Below are positions 1 through 7,983 of a stretch of DNA of 49,523 bases, piece by piece. Position numbers and translations under genes: made by a program. This stretch comes from a virus (lineage: Duplodnaviria; Caudoviricetes). The first letter of the stretch is position 1; each line of letters begins with the position of its first letter. The notes beneath the pieces were generated by a model, which did not search any database, was not told the DNA's origin, and saw only the letters and a program-made list of their open reading frames with translations. The stretch spans positions 1 through 49,523 of the IMG/VR virus record IMGVR_UViG_3300017780_003812; one strand, written 5' to 3'.

Positions 1-2
1 AC

Positions 3-1205
3 TTAAGACGTAAGAGTAAGAGACTATCCAACTCAATGCTTATTGATGTGGCGAGTATATCGGCAAATAACGATAGGGAGATAGGGAAGATTATAGCTGA
101 GGTGTACAAAGATGTGGGTAAGACCGGGATTGTTACAGTTGAGAAGAGTCAGACTGATGAAACTTATGCTGAGACCACGTTAGGATTGAAATTCGACAGA
201 GGTTACTTGAGTCCTATGTTCATAAATGATTCCAAGAAGGATGAATGTGTCTTTGAAGACACTATGGTCTTGGTTGCTGATATGGAGATTACTAATATTC
301 TTCAGATTGAGAACATATTGAAACCAATTGTTTCCGAAGGAAAAAAACTGTTAATCATTTCTCCTTGTGGTCAGAACTTAATCAATAGTTTGGCGGCAAA
401 TGTTGTCAAAGGAAACATAAAAGTGTGTGCAGTTCCTCCTCCGGGATTCGGATACAAGCAACACGAGTTGATGTATGACATCGCAATCAGTGTTGGAGCT
501 ACCTATTTCAGTGAAAAGACCGGGGATGACCTAAGTATTATCAATTACGGAGACCTTGGGCACGCTGCTAAGGTAATTGTGAGCAAGGATAAGACCGTTA
601 TCATCAAGTCAGACCTGAAATTAGACCAATCTGCTGTTGAGGAAAGGGTAAATCAGCTATGGGATGCCCATAAAAACGCCATAAAGAAGCACGATAAGGA
701 CTTTATTTTGGAAAGAATAGCTTCATTAACGGGTGGAATTGGGGTAATTTTTGTTGGTGGACAGACAGATTTGGAGCAAAAAGAGTTATTTGATAGAGTC
801 GATGATGCTGTTTGTGCAGTGCGTTCTGCACTCGAAGAAGGGATTCTTCCGGGTGCAGGAAAGGCTCTTCTTGAAGAGAGTGCTGCTCTATGTATAGATG
901 AGGACAAAAGTGATGAGTATAATGCGGCTGTGATGATTTTGAAGGGGGCACTTATGACTCCGTTCTTGCAGATACTTGAGAATGCAGGACTGAAGGCTTC
1001 TGAAATCTACAAAGATGGAGTTGCTGAAGGGCACGGTTACAACTTGAAGACAAGAGAGTTTGGAGACCTGATTAAGATGGGAGTAATTGACCCGCTTAAA
1101 GTAACACGTTCAGCATTGCAGAATGCAGTGAGTGTAGCTGTAACAATCTTGAGCACTAACGCCATAATTACGTTAGCTCGTTCTTATGTGCAGGCTGAAG
1201 ACTAA
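3..1205 (+). CDS. groEL: Phage-encoded chaperonin GroEL (5'-truncated by window edge)
   Basis: GroEL motifs 'GLKFDRGYLSP', 'ERIASLTGG', 'RVDDAVCAVRSALEEGILPGAG', 'GVIDPLKVTRSALQNAVSVA'; frame is open back to position 3, so the gene starts upstream of the window; no GGM tail. Confidence 0.95.
   Translation, partial: LRRKSKRLSNSMLIDVASISANNDREIGKIIAEVYKDVGKTGIVTVEKSQTDETYAETTLGLKFDRGYLSPMFINDSKKDECVFEDTMVLVADMEITNILQIENILKPIVSEGKKLLIISPCGQNLINSLAANVVKGNIKVCAVPPPGFGYKQHELMYDIAISVGATYFSEKTGDDLSIINYGDLGHAAKVIVSKDKTVIIKSDLKLDQSAVEERVNQLWDAHKNAIKKHDKDFILERIASLTGGIGVIFVGGQTDLEQKELFDRVDDAVCAVRSALEEGILPGAGKALLEESAALCIDEDKSDEYNAAVMILKGALMTPFLQILENAGLKASEIYKDGVAEGHGYNLKTREFGDLIKMGVIDPLKVTRSALQNAVSVAVTILSTNAIITLARSYVQAED
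247..263 (-). repeat. Dispersed 17-bp palindromic element, copy 1 (reverse orientation, inside groEL)
   Basis: gtgtctttgaagacact is the exact reverse complement of AGTGTCTTCAAAGACAC. Confidence 0.9.
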
Positions 1206-1407
1206 AAGGTTCATAAGATTTACTGTGATATGGGTGGCGTGTAACCTATCAATACCATTTTGGATGGTAGGGCACGTACACCTAACGGTAAATCTCTACG
1301 AGGACCTCATCGAGATAGTAGCATCAATGGGAATGAATATAATAGTTGCCATTGGTTTTTGGTTAAATTGGAAAGACGAATCGAAAAATTATGATAAGAG
1401 GGATTGA
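1186..1407 (+). CDS. Small membrane protein (two hydrophobic segments)
   Basis: ATG start overlapping the groEL end; hydrophobic 'FTVIWVACNLSIPFWMV' and 'IVASMGMNIIVAIGFWL'. Confidence 0.65.
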   Translation: MCRLKTKRFIRFTVIWVACNLSIPFWMVGHVHLTVNLYEDLIEIVASMGMNIIVAIGFWLNWKDESKNYDKRD

Positions 1408-1621
1408 TTATATTACGATAGAAGTTTATGGATTAGTAGAATCCGGGAATGCGAGTTTATACGAATGTCAAGTAGCATTAGATAATAATCCAAGATTTGA
1501 TAAGTTCGTAGCCGAAGCATTGAATCATAGAAGGGGAACCGGATATGTAGATGTAGCATTGTACCCTAAGGATGGGGATAAAAGAAAGTTTATACAAGAC
1601 ATAAAAGAGATGGGGCTATGA
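1391..1621 (+). CDS. Hypothetical protein
   Basis: Overlap-coupled ORF in the groEL-groES operon. Confidence 0.6.
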   Translation: MIRGIDYITIEVYGLVESGNASLYECQVALDNNPRFDKFVAEALNHRRGTGYVDVALYPKDGDKRKFIQDIKEMGL

Positions 1622-1860
1622 ACATACTAAGTAAAATATTAGATGAATACCCTGATGAAGGGTTATTAAAAATTGATGGATTTAATGATGCTATTATCGG
1701 AGTCTCCTCTGACATTAGGATTGTATATTCTATTGATAAGATTATTGATATTCTAAAAGAAGATATGAGTGAGTATGAAGCTATTGAATTTTTTGAGTTC
1801 AATATTGAATCTGCACATATTGGAGATAAAACACCTATTTACGTAAAAATAATAAATTAA
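1618..1860 (+). CDS. Conserved phage hypothetical protein
   Basis: 'DGFNDAIIG...VYS...EAIEFFEFNI...GDKTP' pattern, recognised as common in aquatic phages; ATGA coupling. Confidence 0.8.
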   Translation: MNILSKILDEYPDEGLLKIDGFNDAIIGVSSDIRIVYSIDKIIDILKEDMSEYEAIEFFEFNIESAHIGDKTPIYVKIIN

Positions 1861-1865
1861 ATCAA

Positions 1866-2123
1866 ATGAAACCAATTGGAAAATACATTGTCATCAAGAC
1901 CATTGATGAAGAGTTAAAAACAGAATCAGGATTGTTTCTCTCAGGAGAAGATATGAATCAGATGCGTTACAAACGTGGATTAGTAATTGAGGCAGGAACA
2001 GATGTGCCTCATATCAAAAAAGATGATGACATCTACTACGATAAGGCACACGGATTTACAATGATAATTGATGACAAGCAGTACACGATTATTACCGAGA
2101 GGGATGTCGTTGTTGTTTTATAA
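1866..2123 (+). CDS. groES: Co-chaperonin GroES
   Basis: 'MKPIGKYIVIK...KTESGLFL...GLVIEAG...IITERDVV' matches the Cpn10 pattern; lies near groEL. Confidence 0.9.
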   Translation: MKPIGKYIVIKTIDEELKTESGLFLSGEDMNQMRYKRGLVIEAGTDVPHIKKDDDIYYDKAHGFTMIIDDKQYTIITERDVVVVL

Positions 2124-2538
2124 TCTTATTCATTTCAATAATCATATTTTTATAGACTTTGTCTGAGTAAGACAGTTGTCGTTGAAACATTTTATTGTAA
2201 GATTCACTAACGGGGATTTCTTCCCCGCTTAGTTTTCTATAAATTGACTGAATCATCGCATTAGATTTTATTGATAATTGATACATAGCTTTTCTACCCC
2301 CGGGTGTCATAGGACTTCTAAAGACCTGAATCCACCCTTCTTTTCTTAGCCTTTCAAATCTGTGTTTATCCCATCCAAGCAAGGTATCAAACTCTATAAA
2401 TTTATCTCTATCGAAATATTTTTCAGAGTAAAGGAACAATAACATATCTAAGTCAGCCTGAGTTAGTTCGTATTTTATCTTTACGAATTGGCGAATGACT
2501 CTCCAATATTTTAGGTAGTCGTGTTGATTTGATTTCAT
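2092..2538 (-). CDS. Putative winged-helix (MarR-like) DNA-binding protein
   Basis: 'YELTQADLDMLLFLY...FERLRKEGWI...KAMYQLSIK' resembles a wHTH; only antisense gene in the + strand block; A-rich start context. Confidence 0.65.
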   Translation of the reverse strand: MKSNQHDYLKYWRVIRQFVKIKYELTQADLDMLLFLYSEKYFDRDKFIEFDTLLGWDKHRFERLRKEGWIQVFRSPMTPGGRKAMYQLSIKSNAMIQSIYRKLSGEEIPVSESYNKMFQRQLSYSDKVYKNMIIEMNKIIKQQRHPSR

Positions 2539-2553
2539 TTAATTTTTTTTTAT

Positions 2554-2561
2554 TACATTTG
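2554..2561 (+). promoter_or_regulatory. Bacteroidota -7 promoter element (TAnnTTTG)
   Basis: TACATTTG(TA), intergenic, about 40 bp upstream of the small-protein cluster. Confidence 0.6.
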
Positions 2562-2601
2562 TACAAAGTTATTGATTATTAATTTATAAAAATTAGAAAT
2601 T

Positions 2602-2874
2602 ATGCCTGATTTAAGAAAAGGACAATACAAAAGACTTGGCAGGATAGCTGAAACTAATCCTGAAAGAGCAGAAAAAGTCGCTAACAGAATGGAAAAAAGA
2701 GCATCTCGTGAAGAGAGAGGAAAAGAACTTACAAGAGGAACAGGAACAGCAATAGCAAGAAGGTTGTCAAGAGACGAGGAAAGTCCTAATGCAAAAACAA
2801 AAGCTGTTAGAGATATGACAAGAAGACCTGATACTCCATTAGCTCCAAGTCCTGAACCATTATTTAGAAACTAA
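2602..2874 (+). CDS. Small basic protein with C-terminal RRPDTPLAPSPEP motif
   Basis: ORF with start context tagaaattATG; motif shared with three other ORFs. Confidence 0.75.
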   Translation: MPDLRKGQYKRLGRIAETNPERAEKVANRMEKRASREERGKELTRGTGTAIARRLSRDEESPNAKTKAVRDMTRRPDTPLAPSPEPLFRN

Positions 2875-2890
2875 TTAAAACATAGAAATT

Positions 2891-3130
2891 ATGCCAAATC
2901 CAACAAAAAAGAAACAAGAAGAAAAACCAAGTTTTAAAGGAAGTACTGATGCAGGTTCAAGAGAAGCTAACACTGATGGATTAAAAGTAATAAAATACTA
3001 CGGTGGTAAAGCAATTGATGCGGTTAAAGAAGCGGTTACAGATTTTGTAAAACCAAAAAAAACAAAGGGTAGAGATTATCCATTATCTCCTACTCCTGAA
3101 CCACGGTACCCACGAGGACCAAAAATTTAG
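2891..3130 (+). CDS. Small basic protein with C-terminal RDYPLSPTPEP motif
   Basis: Same tagaaattATGCC start context; shared motif. Confidence 0.75.
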   Translation: MPNPTKKKQEEKPSFKGSTDAGSREANTDGLKVIKYYGGKAIDAVKEAVTDFVKPKKTKGRDYPLSPTPEPRYPRGPKI

Positions 3131-3133
3131 TAT

Positions 3134-3373
3134 ATGGCAATGCAAAGACCCGATACCCCGTTAGCATCCACACCGGAGCCGCAACCTGTTAGTTCAGGAT
3201 TGCAAGCAGCTCCGCAAATGGCAGGAAAAGCACCTCAGCAAAGAGCTGCGACTAAGTATGAGCAAACTGCAAATAATGCTATACAGCAAATTAATGCAAT
3301 GTCTCAAATGAAGAAGGCTCAAGCAGCCCCACCGCCTGAAGCAGCACAACCTAAGGGTCCACCTCAACAATAA
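3134..3373 (+). CDS. Small Q/P/A-rich protein with N-terminal RPDTPLASTPEP motif
   Basis: Tightly packed ORF; shared motif. Confidence 0.75.
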   Translation: MAMQRPDTPLASTPEPQPVSSGLQAAPQMAGKAPQQRAATKYEQTANNAIQQINAMSQMKKAQAAPPPEAAQPKGPPQQ

Positions 3374-3378
3374 TAGTT

Positions 3379-3675
3379 ATGAAAAAAGAAGAAAAAAGCA
3401 AATCAGCAGAGGAAATTTCTAAGCTGACTAAAAACAAATCATCAGAAGATGTTTCTAAAGTTACTGATATAGGAACTGCATTAGCTGATATTCAAAAAAG
3501 GTCAGATGCGAGAAACAAATTAGTTGCAGCAGGTCAAAAAAAACTTAATGATGCTCGAAGAGTTTCAAAAGAAAGCGGACCTACGCAAACCGGTTCAGGG
3601 AAACTTCAAGGATTAGCAAGTTTGAAAAATACCTTGGGAACTCAGTATTTAAAAGAAAAAGAAACATTAACATAA
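3379..3675 (+). CDS. Small basic protein
   Basis: Packed ORF; internal duplication KSKSAEEISKLT/KNKSSEDVSKVT. Confidence 0.7.
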   Translation: MKKEEKSKSAEEISKLTKNKSSEDVSKVTDIGTALADIQKRSDARNKLVAAGQKKLNDARRVSKESGPTQTGSGKLQGLASLKNTLGTQYLKEKETLT

Positions 3676-3688
3676 ACACTAAATTAAA

Positions 3689-3835
3689 ATGGCAAAAGCA
3701 ACACCAAACTTACCTGCATCATCAAGAATGAAGATGCCAATGGCAGCAAACAAGCCTGCTATAAAAAATGCACTTAAAGGACCTTCCAAAGCGGCAGGAG
3801 TGAAATCAGTGAAAACTGCAATCAAAAAGAAATAA
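3689..3835 (+). CDS. 48-aa basic protein (not in ORF track): MAKATPNLPASSRMKMPMAANKPAIKNALKGPSKAAGVKSVKTAIKKK
   Basis: ATG after aaattaaa; TAATG coupling to the next gene; shares TPNLPxSSRMxMP with the next ORF. Confidence 0.75.
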   Translation: MAKATPNLPASSRMKMPMAANKPAIKNALKGPSKAAGVKSVKTAIKKK

Positions 3836-4026
3836 TGGCTAAAGAAAAAGACACTCCGAATTTACCGGGTTCATCTCGTATGCAGATGCCAAGCACCGGT
3901 GGAAATGGTACTAACGGGTTAATTCAAGAACACGGTGGTATGGCAAACAGCAGCAAAGGCGTAACTAAAAGAATTTTAACCGCTGCAAAAGGAACGGGAA
4001 TGAAAGGAAAAAATCCTTATTGTTAA
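3835..4026 (+). CDS. Small basic protein with TPNLPGSSRMQMP motif
   Basis: TAATG coupling; paralogous N-terminus with the preceding ORF. Confidence 0.75.
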   Translation: MAKEKDTPNLPGSSRMQMPSTGGNGTNGLIQEHGGMANSSKGVTKRILTAAKGTGMKGKNPYC

Positions 4027-4045
4027 TCATTAAATTTAAAAAAAA

Positions 4046-4249
4046 ATGGGAAGACCTAAAAAAATATCTGATGCTGAGGCAGAAGTAATTAAAGATGCAA
4101 TCATTGATGCATTAGAGAATAACGATGAGGTAGCAACTGAAGAAGTAGCAACTGAAGAAGTAGCAACTGAAGTTCCACTAAATCCTGAAACACAACCTGT
4201 TCCTGATGTAACTCCTACAGGACATCATAGTAGAGATTTTTCTGCATAA
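4046..4249 (+). CDS. Small acidic protein with GRPKK (AT-hook-like) N-terminus
   Basis: ORF after poly-A start context; EVATE x3. Confidence 0.7.
   Translation: MGRPKKISDAEAEVIKDAIIDALENNDEVATEEVATEEVATEVPLNPETQPVPDVTPTGHHSRDFSA
4127..4171 (+). repeat. 15-bp tandem repeat x3 (encodes EVATE)
   Basis: gaggtagcaactgaa gaagtagcaactgaa gaagtagcaactgaa. Confidence 0.9.
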
Positions 4250-4258
4250 AAGTTTAAC

Positions 4259-4299
4259 AATCCCATTACTTCCAATAAATTAGTGGTAATGGGATTTTT
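4259..4299 (+). terminator. Putative intrinsic terminator
   Basis: Stem aatcccattac / gtaatgggatt followed by a T-run, intergenic. Confidence 0.65.
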
Positions 4300-4312
4300 A
4301 ATAAATATAATT

Positions 4313-4459
4313 ATGAAAAAAGTAATTGAAAAAGCAAAGCAGTACGAGTCTAAGAAATCATTAGATGGAAAGATGAAATTCTTGAAAGGTAATGTGGGTG
4401 CTACTCATACGATGCCTAATGGTAAAGTTATGAAAGGTAGCTCTCATAAAAAGAAATAA
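4313..4459 (+). CDS. 48-aa basic protein (not in ORF track) with HTMPNGKVMKG motif
   Basis: MKKVIEKAKQYESKKSLDGKMKFLKGNVGATHTMPNGKVMKGSSHKKK; fills the gap and ends 1 nt before the next ATG. Confidence 0.7.
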   Translation: MKKVIEKAKQYESKKSLDGKMKFLKGNVGATHTMPNGKVMKGSSHKKK

Positions 4460-4460
4460 G

Positions 4461-4799
4461 ATGCCAAAAGATGCTTGTTATAAAAAAGTAAAAGCTCAGT
4501 ACGATGTTTTTCCATCGGCAAGAGCTTCCCAAGCTATTGCTAAATGCAGAAAAGGTTCGGGAGTTGTTAGAAAAACTGAAGCCGGTGCATCTTTAAAAAG
4601 ATGGGATAAAGAAAAGTGGACTGATACTAAAACAGGTAAGGCTTGTGGTGCGGGTGGTAAAAATGAATACTGCCGACCAAAAGTAAAAGTGTCTTCAAAG
4701 ACACCAAAGACTATATCTGAAATAAGCAGTTCTAAATTGGCTTCTAAGAAAGCAGAGAAGTCAAGAGTTGGTATGGGAAATAGAGTTTCAAAAGTTTAA
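4461..4799 (+). CDS. Conserved basic phage protein (DUF5872-like)
   Basis: 'KDACYKKVKAQYDVFPSARASQAIAKCRK', 'LKRWDKEKW', 'CRP' pattern typical of aquatic phages. Confidence 0.8.
   Translation: MPKDACYKKVKAQYDVFPSARASQAIAKCRKGSGVVRKTEAGASLKRWDKEKWTDTKTGKACGAGGKNEYCRPKVKVSSKTPKTISEISSSKLASKKAEKSRVGMGNRVSKV
4688..4704 (+). repeat. Dispersed 17-bp palindromic element, copy 2
   Basis: agtgtcttcaaagacac, exact. Confidence 0.9.
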
Positions 4800-4821
4800 A
4801 AAAATTTAATACCTTTACAAA

Positions 4822-4995
4822 ATGAAATCACAAGGATTAGGAGATACAATAGAAAAAATTACTACAGCTACAGGAATTAAAAAGGTGGTTGAAAAAGTTG
4901 CAGAGGCTACAGGAAAAGAATGTGGTTGTAACAAAAGAAAAGAAATTCTTAACAATCCTAATTCATTAATTAACAAAACATTTTATAAAATATAG
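4822..4995 (+). CDS. 57-aa conserved phage protein (not in ORF track)
   Basis: MKSQGLGDTIEKITTATGIKKVVEKVAEATGKECGCNKRKEILN...; GLGDT...CGC..R pattern common in aquatic phages. Confidence 0.8.
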   Translation: MKSQGLGDTIEKITTATGIKKVVEKVAEATGKECGCNKRKEILNNPNSLINKTFYKI

Positions 4996-5000
4996 AAATT

Positions 5001-5516
5001 ATGCCAACACCAAAATTACAACCATCGAGAGCATTAGAAGTAATACCTTCTCAGAATGCAAATGTTCCAACTCCAAATTTACTAATAGAAGGTACTGCTA
5101 CAATTTCGGGAAATCAATTAATTGACGCAACTGCAAATTTTATTATAACTACTCCAACAGGTGTTCAATACAAAGTAAACCCGGGAGATGTAGTATATGT
5201 AACAAGCATAGCTGCCGCTGCTACTATTGTTGAAGTTGTTAATGCTACTACTTTATTATTAAATGTAGCTGTTGGGGGTACTACTGAGAATTATAAAATA
5301 TATCAAGAAGGTGCTCAAACAGGATTGTTTAATCAAGGATGCGTACTTTATGTTGGTACAGGAGCTCCTACTACGGGAGGATTTTTAGCAGTTAGAACAA
5401 GTGGTAATGATTTCGTTACGTTTGTTAATGTTCAATCAGGCACGTTTATCCCTGTAAATGTTACAAAAGTACTTTCATCAGGAACTGATTGTACTAATAT
5501 TATAGCACTTTGGTAA
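5001..5516 (+). CDS. Putative virion structural protein (beta-rich)
   Basis: C-terminal 'CVLYVG...VTF.NV..GTFIPV.V.KV...GT...IIALW' pattern; N-terminal beta module similar to an insert in 22455..23390. Confidence 0.7.
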   Translation: MPTPKLQPSRALEVIPSQNANVPTPNLLIEGTATISGNQLIDATANFIITTPTGVQYKVNPGDVVYVTSIAAAATIVEVVNATTLLLNVAVGGTTENYKIYQEGAQTGLFNQGCVLYVGTGAPTTGGFLAVRTSGNDFVTFVNVQSGTFIPVNVTKVLSSGTDCTNIIALW

Positions 5517-5517
5517 T

Positions 5518-6456
5518 ATGTATATAGCTATAGCAAATAGTATTGGCTCAAGTAGCAATAGCGGAGGTACGCCTGTGCCACCGCCTGTTGTATATGTTTT
5601 TTATTTACAATATTCTAATGTTAGTGTAGCGTATTTGTGTGATAATTTAATTTTAGAAACAGAAATATATAGTCTTAGTAGTACTTTAAATGTTGGTAGT
5701 CAGATATTTTATGATATAGAACTTACAAGCACAGCAAATGAAGGATTCTATAAAAATGGTAATGAGGTGTATTACTTAAATGAAGGAGGTGGCTATATTG
5801 CTGAACTTTTTTATTGTAGTGAAAGATATTATGTAAATGATTGCTCTTCGCAATACGGTACATTTATTTCAGTCGCTTATCCAACAGGTACATTTATTTA
5901 TGGCGATATGGTTACTTTTGAAACAGGTCAAGGGGCAGGTTTTGGGTTTATAACTGATTTTACGTATAATGAGGGAGACGAAATTGAAATAACTGCTATA
6001 GGAGTTAATCAAGGAGGTAATTGTTTTACATCTAATATTGCTTTTAACCCTATTCTTATTGCAGATTCACAAAATATTTTACTTCGCTTACAAGGAGGTA
6101 ATTCCGGACCTGAAAACCTTGCATCAATGGGTCTTAATGCATTAAATTATACATATAATATTCAAATTTATTATGAATCAGATAATAGTTCAGGAAATCT
6201 ATATGTTAGTGGAGATATTCCAATATCCACTTATAATTTAGCGGCTGAAGACACTTTTAATTTAGGAGATTTTGTTATTTATAATGACCCTGAAGATAGT
6301 TTTAATTATGTAGTAATAGAAAACATAATATCATCTATTACTTTTAACAACACTATTGCTTATAGTAATAATGATGGTTGTAGTTTTCCTTTCTTTCTTA
6401 GAGAAGCTCCTGAAGTAAAAACTTATTATTGTTACACACAAAATGATGACTGCTAA
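5518..6456 (+). CDS. Putative virion appendage / adhesin-like protein
   Basis: Y/N/S/T-rich beta composition; 'GSQIFYD.ELT...GFY' module also seen in tail proteins. Confidence 0.6.
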   Translation: MYIAIANSIGSSSNSGGTPVPPPVVYVFYLQYSNVSVAYLCDNLILETEIYSLSSTLNVGSQIFYDIELTSTANEGFYKNGNEVYYLNEGGGYIAELFYCSERYYVNDCSSQYGTFISVAYPTGTFIYGDMVTFETGQGAGFGFITDFTYNEGDEIEITAIGVNQGGNCFTSNIAFNPILIADSQNILLRLQGGNSGPENLASMGLNALNYTYNIQIYYESDNSSGNLYVSGDIPISTYNLAAEDTFNLGDFVIYNDPEDSFNYVVIENIISSITFNNTIAYSNNDGCSFPFFLREAPEVKTYYCYTQNDDC

Positions 6457-6590
6457 TGGCTAAAGTTAAACAACAAGAGAGTGCTTATCAAGCAAAACCA
6501 AAGAAGTCAGGAGTGGCTGCTAAGACAAAAACGAGCACATTAAAATCGAGTAAAAATTACGTTAAGTCGTACAAAGGACAAGGAAGATAA
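6456..6590 (+). CDS. 44-aa basic protein ending KSYKGQGR (not in ORF track)
   Basis: TAATG-coupled on both sides; C-terminal K.Y[RK]GQG pattern common in aquatic phages. Confidence 0.8.
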   Translation: MAKVKQQESAYQAKPKKSGVAAKTKTSTLKSSKNYVKSYKGQGR

Positions 6591-7024
6591 TGAAATATTT
6601 AAACTACATAGTGTCATCGTTAATATTATTATTCGTTCCTATACAAGGGCTTTTAATAGCTGTAGCTGCTGCAATAGCACTTGACACATTCACAGGGATT
6701 TTTAAAAGCGTAAAGTTAAAAGGTTGGTGCAGTATTCGGAGCCGAGTTCTATCAAACATAATTTCTAAGATGGCATTATACGAGATATGTATTTTATTCT
6801 TATTTGTTATAGATAAGTTTTTATTAAATGAGTTTATTTTTAAGTGGTTTGGCTTCACATATATGTTTACTAAAATATGTGCAATACTTTTAATTTTTAT
6901 AGAGTTAGTTTCAATTAAAGAGAACATAGAGGCTACATTTAATGTTGATATTTGGAAATTACTTAAAAAAGCATTTCTAAGAGCAAAAGAATTAAAAACT
7001 GATATAGAAGATATAAAAGAATAA
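6590..7024 (+). CDS. Holin (phage holin 4-like)
   Basis: Three or four hydrophobic segments, 'LDTFTGI', 'IELVSIKENI'; directly upstream of the endolysin. Confidence 0.85.
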   Translation: MKYLNYIVSSLILLFVPIQGLLIAVAAAIALDTFTGIFKSVKLKGWCSIRSRVLSNIISKMALYEICILFLFVIDKFLLNEFIFKWFGFTYMFTKICAILLIFIELVSIKENIEATFNVDIWKLLKKAFLRAKELKTDIEDIKE

Positions 7025-7527
7025 TGGAAGACAAGATAACAATCGACAGAATCAAAGAAGCACATCCAAAACTTAGGGATAAAATGCTTAAAGATTATAG
7101 AGAAGCTAATAATCTTTTAGGAAAAGGGGCTCGTTTGAGATTTGCTTATGTATTTAGAAGCAATGCTCTTCAGGACAAGCTCTATAATCAAAGACCAAAG
7201 ATTACTAATGCAAAAGGAGGTCAGTCAATTCATAATTACGGATTGGCATTTGATATTGTATTGCTTTATGATAATGATGGGAATGGAACCTTTGAAGAGG
7301 CGAGTTATTCTCAAATCAGAGACTTTGATAAAGATACTATTGCTGATTGGAAAGAGGTAACTGATTTTTTTAAATCAAAAGGTTGGGAATGCGGAGCAGA
7401 TTGGAAAACTTTCAAAGATGCACCACATTTTCAGCACGATTACGGTTTCGATTGGAAAACTCTAAAAGCAAGAGTTGACAAAGGAATTATCATTACTGAT
7501 AATGGAATTACATATCCAAAAATATAA
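7024..7527 (+). CDS. Endolysin, peptidase M15 (L-Ala-D-Glu peptidase-like)
   Basis: 'R...Q..LY', 'TNAKGGQSIHNYGLAFD' (SxHxxGxAxD), 'DAPHFQ'. Confidence 0.92.
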   Translation: MEDKITIDRIKEAHPKLRDKMLKDYREANNLLGKGARLRFAYVFRSNALQDKLYNQRPKITNAKGGQSIHNYGLAFDIVLLYDNDGNGTFEEASYSQIRDFDKDTIADWKEVTDFFKSKGWECGADWKTFKDAPHFQHDYGFDWKTLKARVDKGIIITDNGITYPKI

Positions 7528-7532
7528 TTAAG

Positions 7533-7805
7533 ATGGCAAAGACAGCAGCTTGGACAAGAAAAGAAGGAAAGTCCGAATCAGGAGGTTTGAACGCTAAAGG
7601 AGTGGCAAGTTATAGAGCTGCTAATCCGGGAAGTAAATTAAAGATGGCTGTAACAACAAAGCCATCTAAGTTAAAGGCAGGAAGCAAAGATGCTAATAGA
7701 CGAAAGTCTTTCTGTGCTCGTATGGGAGGAATGGAAGGTGCTATGAAGAAACCAAATGGAGAACCAACAAGAAAAGCGTTAGCCTTAAAAAAATGGAACT
7801 GTTAA
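7533..7805 (+). CDS. Conserved basic phage protein (DUF6321-like)
   Basis: 'AWTRKEGKSESGGLNAKG...RRKSFCARM...ALKKWNC'. Confidence 0.85.
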   Translation: MAKTAAWTRKEGKSESGGLNAKGVASYRAANPGSKLKMAVTTKPSKLKAGSKDANRRKSFCARMGGMEGAMKKPNGEPTRKALALKKWNC

Positions 7806-7816
7806 AAAACAATAAT

Positions 7817-7981
7817 ATGAACACTATCCCCGACCCGATTAAGAAGGCATTAGATGCATCTGCACAAAAGTATTCAGAAAGTCCATCAACAACTAACGCA
7901 GGATTTGTGTTAAGATTGTTTTGCAAATTTATTAAGCCGAGCACCATTATTAAGATGTTTGCTCATAAACTAAGCAAGTAA
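7817..7981 (+). CDS. Hypothetical protein
   Basis: Fills the gap; ATG at 7817 has better A-rich context than 7793. Confidence 0.6.
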   Translation: MNTIPDPIKKALDASAQKYSESPSTTNAGFVLRLFCKFIKPSTIIKMFAHKLSK

Positions 7982-7983
7982 TT

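Noticed and set aside
653-951. Antisense ORFs within groEL, and similar shadow ORFs opposite holin, terL, capsid, the giant gene and primase
   Set aside because: They lie opposite well-supported genes and show no motifs or start context; typical antisense shadows
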